In this document: in pieces, positions 1 to 7,739 of the stretch
Layout of the letters: each line of letters starts with the position of its first letter
How positions within the stretch are numbered: the stretch's first letter is position 1
DNA from: Alteromonas sp. P256
GTDB lineage: Bacteria > Pseudomonadota > Gammaproteobacteria > Enterobacterales > Alteromonadaceae
Direction of reading: 5' to 3'
DNA: 24,000 nt
Assembly (NCBI RefSeq): GCF_036864455.1
Contig: NZ_JAZETM010000002.1
Location: 97,533 to 121,532 of the forward strand
Program-made: the position numbers and the translations under genes
Notes under the pieces: generated by a model
The model's input: the letters and a program-made list of their open reading frames with translations, nothing else
What the model was told of the DNA's origin: nothing
Database searches by the model: none

Positions 1-71
1 TAGTAAGTTGACACCTGTCTGGCATAATTGGCAGCATATCTAGGGTGTGGTGATTTTTGCTGTACATTTTT

Positions 72-170
72 GCAGCGGGCTGTGAGCTGTTTAGACAAGG
101 CGAATGGTTGAAGGTCTAGCGGGCTAAATCGAAATCATTCAACGCAGGGTAAATAGCTCACAGGCACTGC
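72..170 (+). other. Extended imperfect stem-loop A (candidate structured RNA or palindromic repeat element)
   Basis: ctgtgagctgttta (80-93) pairs with taaatagctcacag (150-163): 14 bp with one G-T pair (g89-t154) that pairs only when read on the + strand. gcag (72-75) pairs with ctgc (167-170) as an outer extension. An inner helix gaatggtt (103-110) / aatcattc (133-140) also contains a G-T pair. Confidence 0.5.
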
Positions 171-184
171 CTGAAAGGGGCGTT

Positions 185-283
185 ATGGAAGCATTTTACT
201 CTTTGTCGCCGCTTTTTTTAATTGGGCCCTTTGACTAAGCCCACTAGGCCTAAAAGACTTTTTCGCGATTAAAATGCTTCCAT
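185..283 (+). other. Stem-loop B, or a MITE-like element bounded by a perfect 14-bp inverted repeat
   Basis: atggaagcatttta (185-198) is the exact reverse complement of taaaatgcttccat (270-283), with a 71-nt spacer. It lies directly after stem-loop A and 74 nt upstream of the yciO ATG. Confidence 0.5.
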
Positions 284-356
284 TTAGCCCAAAACTCGTG
301 CAACAAAGATTAACACGCCCTAACTACTTACTTAACTGATGGGATGAAGAGACACC

Positions 357-977
357 ATGAGCCAATTTTTTTACGTTCACCCAGATAACCCGCAAAAGCG
401 CCTTATCACTCAAGCTTGTGAGTTAATTCGCGACGGTGCCGTAGTGGTCTATCCTACCGACTCTGGTTACGCCATCGGCTGTCAAATCGAGGATAAAAAA
501 GCCTTAGAGCAATTGTGCCGTATTCGTCAGATAGATAAGGATCACAACTTCACGCTGATGTGCCGCGACATGTCTGAGCTGTCGATTTACGCAAAAGTAG
601 ATAACACGGCTTTTCGCCAAATCAAAAACAACACGCCAGGGCGCTATACCTTTGTGTTAAAAGCCACGCGAGAAGTGCCGAAGCGCTTACAAAACCCTAA
701 GCGTAAAACAATTGGTATTCGCGTGCCAGACAACGCCATTGCGCTAGCACTGCTAGAGGAACTGGGTGAACCACTAATGTCTACATCGCTTATTTTGCCG
801 GGTAAAACAGAAGCTGAATCTGATCCAGACGTTATTCGCGAGAATCTTGAGAAGCAAGTTGGGCTAATTATCCACGGTGGTTATATTGGCGAGCATCTTA
901 CTACGGTAGTGGATTTGTCTGACGATACGCCAGTGATATTACGTGAAGGGACCGGTGACATTACGCCGTTTCAGTAA
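357..977 (+). CDS. yciO: YciO / YrdC-Sua5 family protein (L-threonylcarbamoyladenylate synthase-like)
   Basis: 206 aa, the same length as E. coli YciO. It has a YrdC-domain motif VVYPTDSGYAIGC and an ATG start with GAAGAG upstream. It sits in the conserved yciO...rluB neighbourhood. Confidence 0.9.
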   Translation: MSQFFYVHPDNPQKRLITQACELIRDGAVVVYPTDSGYAIGCQIEDKKALEQLCRIRQIDKDHNFTLMCRDMSELSIYAKVDNTAFRQIKNNTPGRYTFVLKATREVPKRLQNPKRKTIGIRVPDNAIALALLEELGEPLMSTSLILPGKTEAESDPDVIRENLEKQVGLIIHGGYIGEHLTTVVDLSDDTPVILREGTGDITPFQ

Positions 978-986
978 CGATAGTCT

Positions 987-1958
987 TTGCAGCGAAAACT
1001 GACGTTGAACGATGACACAAATACCCAAGAGGCGGGCGCTGTGCTTGCCAATACCGACATGCCCAGCAATGGGTCTAAAGGTGGCGAGCTTATCAACGCA
1101 GAACTTACCAACGCCGATTTAAACGAAGAGCGTAATAACAGCGAAAAGCAGCCTCAGGTACCTGTTCAGCAGCCATTACCTCTGGCGTTTATCAACGGTG
1201 AGGCGTTGATTGAAAAGCCAGAGGACTTGTTCATTCCTCCCGATGCTCTCGAAGTGATTCTAGAAACGTTTGAGGGGCCGCTAGACTTACTGCTGTATCT
1301 TATCAGAAAACAAAAGTTTGATATCACCGTATTGCCCATTGCTGATGTCACTAAGCAGTACATGGAATATGTGGATGCCATGATGGCGCTAAAGCTTGAA
1401 CTTGCCGCAGAATATCTTTTGATGGCGGCGATTTTAGCGGAGATTAAATCTCGCTTGCTACTGCCCAAGCGAAGTGATGAAAGCGATGATGAGGAAGACC
1501 CTCGCGCCGAGCTTATACGGCGTTTGAAAGAGTATGAACTGGTAAAACAAGCCGCGGAAGACTTAGATGAGCAGCCGCGCTTAGAGCGTGATGTGTTCAA
1601 CGTTGCTGTTGCAACAAGCTCTAACGTAGTGCCTATTAGGGTTGAGCCAGATGTGACCCTTGCTGAGGTGGTATTGGCATTTAGTCAAGCAATGAAGCGG
1701 GCTGAAGCCTTTGAACACCATACCATTGCAAGAGAGGCGCTAAGCACGCGAGAGCGCATGTCATTGATATTGAGTCTGCTCAATAGTACAGACTTCTCGC
1801 CACTTGAGGCGCTTTTCACCATGGAGGAAGGACGCGCTGGTGTGGTGGTATCGTTTTTAGCCATTTTAGAGCTAATGAAAGAACAACTTATTTTTTGCAT
1901 ACAGGCAGGTCCTTACGCCAAAATTCATGTAAAATTGGGCTCACATGAAGAAAATTAA
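987..1958 (+). CDS. scpA: Segregation and condensation protein A (ScpA kleisin)
   Basis: ScpA signature FEGPLDLLLYLIRKQKFDITVLPIADVTKQY, and a C-terminal winged-helix region ending AGVVVSFLAILELMK. The start is uncertain. Position 987 is a TTG without an SD. GTG 1041 is preceded by AAGAGG (1027-1032). ATG 1059 is also in frame. The N-terminal ~70 aa is low-complexity. Confidence 0.88.
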   Translation: MQRKLTLNDDTNTQEAGAVLANTDMPSNGSKGGELINAELTNADLNEERNNSEKQPQVPVQQPLPLAFINGEALIEKPEDLFIPPDALEVILETFEGPLDLLLYLIRKQKFDITVLPIADVTKQYMEYVDAMMALKLELAAEYLLMAAILAEIKSRLLLPKRSDESDDEEDPRAELIRRLKEYELVKQAAEDLDEQPRLERDVFNVAVATSSNVVPIRVEPDVTLAEVVLAFSQAMKRAEAFEHHTIAREALSTRERMSLILSLLNSTDFSPLEALFTMEEGRAGVVVSFLAILELMKEQLIFCIQAGPYAKIHVKLGSHEEN

Positions 1959-2553
1959 TACCGCACAGCTAAAACAGCTAGTTGAAGCTGCTATATTTGT
2001 AGCAGAAAAACCCATTACAAAACAGCAGTTGAAAGAGTCTGTGCTGAGCGAATTTACCGTGGCGGACAGAACCTTAAGCAAGGTAATTAACGAGCTGATG
2101 TTAGATTATCAGCCCCGCGGAATTCAGCTAATTGAAGTAGCAAGTGGCTTTCGATTTCAGTCCCTTGACGCGCTTAGCCCTTGGTTAAGCAAGCTATGGC
2201 AAGAAAGTGCACCAAAGTATTCGCGCGCAATGTTAGAAACATTGGCGCTTATTGCGTATCGTCAACCTATCACCCGCGGCGAAATTGAGCAGGTGAGGGG
2301 AGTGGCGGTAAGCAGCAATATTATAAAAACACTCACAGAACGAGATTGGATTAAAGTTGTAGGGCACAAAGAAGTGCCTGGGCGTCCAGCGCTTTACGCT
2401 ACAACCAAAGGTTTTCTAGATTATTTTTCTATGTCATCACTGGCCGATTTGCCAAATGCAGATGCCTTTGAAAATATGGCAGAAAGTATTGAATCTGACT
2501 CGACGCTTAAGGTGTTAAATGAGGCACCGTCAACACAGACCGTGCGACCGTAA
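1945..2553 (+). CDS. scpB: Segregation and condensation protein B (ScpB)
   Basis: Motifs AAIFVAEKPIT, ALIAYRQPITRGEIEQVRGV and GRPALYATTKGFLDYF. The ATG overlaps the scpA 3' end by 14 nt, which suggests translational coupling. Confidence 0.92.
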   Translation: MKKINTAQLKQLVEAAIFVAEKPITKQQLKESVLSEFTVADRTLSKVINELMLDYQPRGIQLIEVASGFRFQSLDALSPWLSKLWQESAPKYSRAMLETLALIAYRQPITRGEIEQVRGVAVSSNIIKTLTERDWIKVVGHKEVPGRPALYATTKGFLDYFSMSSLADLPNADAFENMAESIESDSTLKVLNEAPSTQTVRP

Positions 2554-2580
2554 ACAAGCAAACAAAGAGTGAAGTTACCC

Positions 2581-3480
2581 ATGACTGAAAAGTTGCAAAA
2601 AGTACTAGCTAACCAAGGGCTAGGCTCGCGACGAGAAATGGAACGTTGGATTGACGACGGAAGAGTATCGGTAGATGGTACCGTTGCAACCCTTGGCGAC
2701 CGCGTTGACAACACCGCAAACATTCGCGTTGATGGCCATTTGCTATCCCGCCAAACCGAACAGCCTGTGTGCCGTGTTCTTATGTACAACAAGCCTGAAG
2801 GTGAGTTGTGTAGCAGACACGATCCAGAAGGCCGAGATACAGTGTTCGACCGACTTCCAGCAATACGCCTAGGGCGTTGGATAACGGTAGGCCGCTTAGA
2901 TATGAACACCAGTGGCTTATTGCTGTTCACTAACGACGGTGAGCTCGCCAACCGCCTGATGCACCCTAAGTGCGAAGTGGAGCGAGAATACGCAGTACGT
3001 GTATTTGGTGAAGTTACTGGCAAAACCATCAGCACCCTTAAAAAAGGGGTTCAGCTAGAAGATGGTGAAGCCAAGTTCCTCACGGTATCTGGCGCTCCTA
3101 CACCGCAACTATCCGAAGACGAAAGTATGAACCGCTGGTACAACGTTACCCTAAAAGAGGGGCGTAACCGAGAAGTTCGTCGCTTATGGGAGTCTCAAGG
3201 GGTTCAGGTAAGCCGTCTTATCCGCGTAAAGTATGGTCCTATCGAACTGCAAAAACGCCTGCCTCAAGGTGCGTGGGTGGAACTTGAACTATCAGATGTT
3301 AACGCGCTGAGAAAGCATGTTCAGTTAACTGAAGAAACCCAGACCATGGTGAATGTGAACCAACAGGGCAAGCTGGATCACGTTAGGTTAAGCCGCATGC
3401 GTCGCTCGGTGAAAAAGCACAAAGTGCGCAAGCAGCAGGGGCTTAAAAATAGAGTGGGCCGCGCTACTAAGCGCAAATAA
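2581..3480 (+). CDS. rluB: 23S rRNA pseudouridine synthase RluB
   Basis: From ATG 2581 the N-terminus [21 protein letters not shown] aligns with the E. coli RluB N-terminus (S4 domain). RsuA/RluB catalytic motif [17 protein letters not shown] and a basic K/R-rich tail are present. The ORF-track GTG at 2569 is probably 4 codons too long. Confidence 0.92.
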   Translation: MTEKLQKVLANQGLGSRREMERWIDDGRVSVDGTVATLGDRVDNTANIRVDGHLLSRQTEQPVCRVLMYNKPEGELCSRHDPEGRDTVFDRLPAIRLGRWITVGRLDMNTSGLLLFTNDGELANRLMHPKCEVEREYAVRVFGEVTGKTISTLKKGVQLEDGEAKFLTVSGAPTPQLSEDESMNRWYNVTLKEGRNREVRRLWESQGVQVSRLIRVKYGPIELQKRLPQGAWVELELSDVNALRKHVQLTEETQTMVNVNQQGKLDHVRLSRMRRSVKKHKVRKQQGLKNRVGRATKRK

Positions 3481-3540
3481 AGCCGAATACTTTATTTAGC
3501 GCAAGTTTAGAGCAAAGAAACGCAAAAAATAGTAAAAGTG

Positions 3541-3567
3541 AAAAAGGGCGGCATGCCCTTTTTCTTT
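3541..3567. terminator. Bidirectional rho-independent terminator between the convergent rluB and histidine kinase genes
   Basis: In aaaaagggc-ggcat-gcccttttt, a GC stem is flanked by an A-run on the left and TTTTTCTTT on the right. This gives a U-tract on either strand. Confidence 0.7.
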
Positions 3568-3643
3568 ATCTGCCACTTTTCACAAAATCTATCTAGCAAC
3601 GTTATATGAGCTTAGCTAAGTCAGAGCATTCTTAACCGATTGC

Positions 3644-5131
3644 TTACGTGTGTTGGGCAAGGGTTAATTCAAAACTAAAACACGTTCCGTGGCCTAGCCG
3701 GCTTTCTACCCGTAAATCTGAATTCAGCAGCGCCATAAGCTTTTTACAAATAGCTAATCCTAACCCTACGTGGCTAAGGCTACCTTTCTCTGTATTGCTA
3801 GCTTGATATCTAGCATCGAAGATAAACGCAATTTCCTTGTCGCTTATACCTACGCCAGTATCACTAATATCTACCCGCAATTTTTCATCAAAAATAGTGA
3901 CTTTTAAGTCAATGCTTCCATTGGGTTGCGTGTGACGTATCGCGTTGGCAATTAGGTTGGTAAGCACCCGCTCAAGCTTTCCAATATCTGCAAATACGTG
4001 ATACTCGAAATGATTGGGAATAACGCGAATAGTAATGTCTTTTTGCTTTGCATCTAGCTCAAATTTTGCTGCTACATCATGAAGTAACTCTCCTAACGGA
4101 AATGACTCTTGATGCAGCATTACTTGGCCGCCCTCTAAGTACGCCAGTTCAAAAATTTGGTCGATGAGATGCTTTAGATTTTTCGCATTTTTCAAAGATA
4201 CATCAATAAAGTATTGTTTGTCCTTTTGGGACAGGTTATCACCGTTAATTGCCAAAGTTTCGATATAGCCCTGCAAACTTGCCAAAGGGGTTCGCAGGTC
4301 GTGGGATAAGTCGGCCAGCAGCACGCGTCGTTGGCTATCAATCTTATTTAATTGCCTAAACTGATCATCAATGTGCATTAGCATATCGTGAAAACCACAT
4401 CCTAGACGGTCTATCTCATTGGTGCTGTTCTTGTCCCACTTGGCTAAAACGGGCAGTAACTTTTCTCGATCAAATTCTGCTTTGCATACCTTATCCATGT
4501 CATCACTTAAGCGCCTAAGGGGGTGAGTGAAATATTTGAAAAGGATCAAAAGCACGGTTAATAGCAAAGCCATACCCACAAACATAAACAACGCCACTTC
4601 TCGCATGCTTTGGCTGTTTTTCAAATTAGCAAGAATGGAGTCGTAACGCTCACCGCCAATAATCACATACAAGTAGCCTTGAAGCGTGTCTTGCTTGTAT
4701 ACGGGAGCGGCTGAAAAAATCTTATGCTGGCCTAGGTTTCTTGGGTCATCTCCAAGAATAGGTAATTCAATGTCGGTATTCACTAGTTGAAGAATGGGGG
4801 TAAGATCGATTTTCTTTACTTTTACCTTACCTGGCTCTGCTGAGTAGGTAAGTATTTGACCTTGCGGACTGAGATAATAAAATTCGAAATTGGGCCCTAA
4901 CACCATCAGCGTGTGAAATAGATTCTCTAACGCTTTGTAGTCATAAACCCCTTCTTCTAGCAGCGGATTGTCGCCAACTAAATGCTCAGCCAAACCAATG
5001 TGGAGTCTTTGCTCGGCTTCTTCTTGAGTACGCTGCTGCAGTAAGTTAGTGACGTAAAAGCAGGCAACAATAACGACCATAAATACGCCCACTACATACA
5101 GCGCAAGGCGAGGATAAAAACTGAGTTTCAT
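3644..5131 (-). CDS. Sensor histidine kinase (two TM helices, periplasmic domain, HAMP, HisKA, HATPase_c)
   Basis: H-box LSHDLRTPLASLQGY, N-box LTNLIANAIRHT, G1 DTGVGI and G2 GLGLAI. TM helices lie at about aa 9-31 and 175-197. SD AGGAAC sits 11 nt after the response regulator stop. Confidence 0.9.
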   Translation of the reverse strand: MKLSFYPRLALYVVGVFMVVIVACFYVTNLLQQRTQEEAEQRLHIGLAEHLVGDNPLLEEGVYDYKALENLFHTLMVLGPNFEFYYLSPQGQILTYSAEPGKVKVKKIDLTPILQLVNTDIELPILGDDPRNLGQHKIFSAAPVYKQDTLQGYLYVIIGGERYDSILANLKNSQSMREVALFMFVGMALLLTVLLILFKYFTHPLRRLSDDMDKVCKAEFDREKLLPVLAKWDKNSTNEIDRLGCGFHDMLMHIDDQFRQLNKIDSQRRVLLADLSHDLRTPLASLQGYIETLAINGDNLSQKDKQYFIDVSLKNAKNLKHLIDQIFELAYLEGGQVMLHQESFPLGELLHDVAAKFELDAKQKDITIRVIPNHFEYHVFADIGKLERVLTNLIANAIRHTQPNGSIDLKVTIFDEKLRVDISDTGVGISDKEIAFIFDARYQASNTEKGSLSHVGLGLAICKKLMALLNSDLRVESRLGHGTCFSFELTLAQHT

Positions 5132-5142
5132 TGGTTTGTTCC

Positions 5143-5871
5143 TTATTTGCCCACACCTTGTGGATTGAATTTATAGCCAACGCCCCACACGGTTTGCACA
5201 ATTTGGGGCGCGGTGGCGTCTTTTTCTAATTTAAATCGCAGCCGGTTGATGTGAGAGTTAACGGTATGCTCATACCCGCTATGGTGGTATCCCCATACCG
5301 ACTCAAGCAGCTGACTTCGACTGAACACCTGCCCAGGATGGCTGGCTAAATGATGAAGTAATTCAAATTCGGTAACGGTAAGTACTAATTCTTTTCCCTG
5401 CAAAAAGACTTCATGGCTCTGCTGGTCAATGGTAAGGCTTCCGATGGTTAAGGAAGCGTTAGGTTTTTGCTGGCTGTTTTGAGTATTCTGGTTGTTTAAC
5501 AGGGCGTGAAATTTCCGCAGTTGTGAGCGCACCCTGGCCTGTAGTTCTCGCACACTGAAGGGTTTTGTCATGTAATCGTCGGCGCCTAGCTCTAACCCTA
5601 ACACTCTGTCGGTTTCCGACGTTTTTGAGGTAAGCATAATAATAATTTGCATCGGAAGCGCTTCCCGCACCTGTCGGCAAATATCTAAGCCATTGAGCGA
5701 TGGCAACATAACGTCTAATATCACAATGGCGTATCCACCCGTCAATGCGCTTTTAAGTGCCGCTTTGCCATCAGATTGATGCTCAATGTTCACCCCCAAT
5801 TCTTGCAAATTGACTCTCATAAGATTTGCTATATCTTGATCGTCTTCAACGATTAATATTGTGTCAGTCAT
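5143..5871 (-). CDS. OmpR/PhoB-family DNA-binding response regulator
   Basis: Receiver motifs ILIVEDD, VILDVMLP and TKP. C-terminal winged helix ends VWGVGYKF. The interdomain linker is Q/N-rich. Confidence 0.92.
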   Translation of the reverse strand: MTDTILIVEDDQDIANLMRVNLQELGVNIEHQSDGKAALKSALTGGYAIVILDVMLPSLNGLDICRQVREALPMQIIIMLTSKTSETDRVLGLELGADDYMTKPFSVRELQARVRSQLRKFHALLNNQNTQNSQQKPNASLTIGSLTIDQQSHEVFLQGKELVLTVTEFELLHHLASHPGQVFSRSQLLESVWGYHHSGYEHTVNSHINRLRFKLEKDATAPQIVQTVWGVGYKFNPQGVGK

Positions 5872-5910
5872 CCGAAGCGTTCCGCGCGCTAAAAATAAGT
5901 AGAACGATGA

Positions 5911-5948
5911 AAAGGCGTTAATCTTTCATCCGATTAACGCTTTTATTT
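5911..5948. terminator. Hairpin terminator between the spondin-like operon and the two-component genes
   Basis: gcgttaatc (5915-5923) pairs with gattaacgc (5932-5940), a 9-bp stem with an 8-nt loop. AAAA lies on the left and TTTTATTT on the right. On the minus (gene) strand the trailing run is only CTTTTC, so termination there may be leaky. Confidence 0.55.
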
Positions 5949-6029
5949 GGTGAGTCGGTTTGTGTCAGGGGCATTGGGTAACATTTTTATCAAACGCTGG
6001 TGCCAATTGCCCCTTGGAACACATTCATT

Positions 6030-6758
6030 TTACTCAGTTCGGGTAATGTGAATGCGGATAACTGGGTTGTCGAACTTGTGCTGTGAAGACAGGGCAGACT
6101 GGGGCAGTCCGTCGTCACCGCTCACGACACCCGGATGCATCGAAATATAGCCAGTGTCATCACGCTCGGCATTAAACCCTTCTCCGTTAGCCGCGGGGCC
6201 AGGCATTGTTGCTGCACTTTCTGAATTCGATTCTGTACCAGAGTCATAAGCAGGGCGAGAAGTAATGTAGGTTTCACCAACCTCAAGGCTGGATAAGTTC
6301 CAGTTACTCATTCCGGTAAACGCATCGTTGGTATTGACCAACATAGTGGCAATAGTCAGGTTGGCATCTGTGACATCATCCACTGTCACACTTATCGTTT
6401 GCGAATCGCCAGGCGGTATAGGGCCAGTGCCCCCAGCGCTTGCTACACCCTGTTTAAGAAATTCTGTAGCGTCGCCACCTTCGGCTATGCGCTCTAGCTC
6501 AACAGAGGCGACGTCACCAATCTGCCAAAGGGTATCGTCACCATGTAATACAACGGCAGGTGGAGATAGAGGCTGTGCATTGGTTAAATTGGTTACAGTA
6601 ACTTCATAGCTCACGGGCACTGGCGGTGGAATTTCTGCCGGTACTTCAACAATCACCTCTCTGATTTCGTCATCACCACAAGCGGCAAGTAAAAAAGGGA
6701 TTAGCAATACAATAGCTTTTCGAAAATGTTTTGTCTTTTCTTGCAATAAGTTGGTCAT
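6030..6758 (-). CDS. Spondin-N-like domain lipoprotein (uncharacterised)
   Basis: Lipobox LLAAC|G. Motif series VTVTNLTNAQPLSPP..H, IAEGGD, MLVNTNDAF, YDSGTE and MHPG resembles the bacterial spondin_N family. SD AGGAGCAGGA fills the 10-nt gap to the upstream paralogue. Confidence 0.68.
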   Translation of the reverse strand: MTNLLQEKTKHFRKAIVLLIPFLLAACGDDEIREVIVEVPAEIPPPVPVSYEVTVTNLTNAQPLSPPAVVLHGDDTLWQIGDVASVELERIAEGGDATEFLKQGVASAGGTGPIPPGDSQTISVTVDDVTDANLTIATMLVNTNDAFTGMSNWNLSSLEVGETYITSRPAYDSGTESNSESAATMPGPAANGEGFNAERDDTGYISMHPGVVSGDDGLPQSALSSQHKFDNPVIRIHITRTE

Positions 6759-6768
6759 ATCCTGCTCC

Positions 6769-7473
6769 TTATCGCACCGTTACGGTGACTTTCGCTACAG
6801 GGTTCAACCAGCGATGAACGGCATTATTTACGTCGCTTGCGCCTTCAGTTAACGAATCATCGCCAATGTTTCCTCTGTGTATATGAACAGTTTGGTTAAT
6901 GTCTGCTCCGGCAACGCCGGTTCCGCCAGTGCCCAACATGTCCTCTAACGGGGGTGGAACAGGCATTCCTGCTTCTCCTAATGCGCCACTACCGCGCACT
7001 TCGTCATTGGCCTCTGTGCCTGCATCATAAGCATTGAGATAAACGGTATACGTGCCCGCCTCTGTTGGAATTTGCCAGTTGTCTAACCCAATAAAGCCGT
7101 CGTTAGATGGAAGTACCATAGCAACAACAGACAACACGATGTTGCTATCAGCTGTCGTGATATCCGCTGATGCTGTCATGGTTGGGGCTAACAATCCGCC
7201 CGCTGGATTGGCAATAACATCCGCTCCAATGGCGTCGCCGATGGTTGCTATACCTTCTAAGCTCCCACCTTCTGCCATCATTTGTAACTCGGTACTCGCC
7301 GTTTCACCCACCTCAAAAAGGCTGGCATCTGCAGAGTGTGCTACTGCTGCAATGGGGGTGAAATACAAGCCGTGAGTTAAGTTTTGAATTTCTACAGTCA
7401 AATCGGCGGCAACACTGTGTTGGGCTGTAAAAACTAATAACGCTGCGGTAGTAAGTTTACTTAGTTGTTTCAT
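6769..7473 (-). CDS. Spondin-N-like domain secreted protein (paralogue of 6030-6758)
   Basis: I place the start at ATG 7473, with GAGGAA 7 nt upstream. This gives MKQLSKLTTAALLVFTAQHSVAA|DL, a Sec signal peptide. Motifs VEIQNLTHGLYFTP..H, MAEGGS, MVLPSNDGF, YDAGTE and HIHRG are present. The 100-codon 5' extension in the ORF track is rejected. Confidence 0.68.
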   Translation of the reverse strand: MKQLSKLTTAALLVFTAQHSVAADLTVEIQNLTHGLYFTPIAAVAHSADASLFEVGETASTELQMMAEGGSLEGIATIGDAIGADVIANPAGGLLAPTMTASADITTADSNIVLSVVAMVLPSNDGFIGLDNWQIPTEAGTYTVYLNAYDAGTEANDEVRGSGALGEAGMPVPPPLEDMLGTGGTGVAGADINQTVHIHRGNIGDDSLTEGASDVNNAVHRWLNPVAKVTVTVR

Positions 7474-7609
7474 GGGTATTTCCTCAGTTATCAAAAAGCT
7501 CTTATGAACAAGTTCTTGCAAGTAGGCGCTCATGTCTAAGCAATACTGAGGGGGAAATGTCACAAAAGTATCCCAAAAATCAGACAAATTTATTCTCTTG
7601 AGATAACAA

Positions 7610-7654
7610 CTATTGCAGTGTTTTTTATTGCACACATTTCTATTCCCCCCCATC
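7610..7654. repeat. Three degenerate 15-bp direct repeats in a divergent promoter region
   Basis: The units are CTATTGCAGTGTTTT, TTATTGCACACATTT and CTATTCCCCCCATCA. The TATT cores at 7611, 7626 and 7641 are exactly 15 bp apart. Confidence 0.5.
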
Positions 7655-7739
7655 AATATCAACAAAAAATAGCGATCCACTGTTGCAACCACCCGTAGGA
7701 AATAACGTACAAGTTGTTTTAAAATGACAAGGAGGAAAG

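Noticed and set aside
8-28. Perfect TTGACA (8-13) followed by CATAAT (23-28) as a promoter
   Set aside because: The spacer is only 9 bp, which is incompatible with a sigma-70 promoter.
1166-3035. Long antisense ORFs opposite scpA, scpB and rluB (1166-1600, 1685-1900 and 2421-3035, minus strand)
   Set aside because: They lie entirely inside well-supported + strand genes. Their products are Ser/Arg-rich and low-complexity, with no SD and no recognisable motif. They are typical shadow ORFs.
6328-7375. + strand ORFs 6328-6609 and 7052-7375, antisense to the spondin-like genes
   Set aside because: They are shadow ORFs inside genes with signal peptides and paralogous motif structure. They have no start context.
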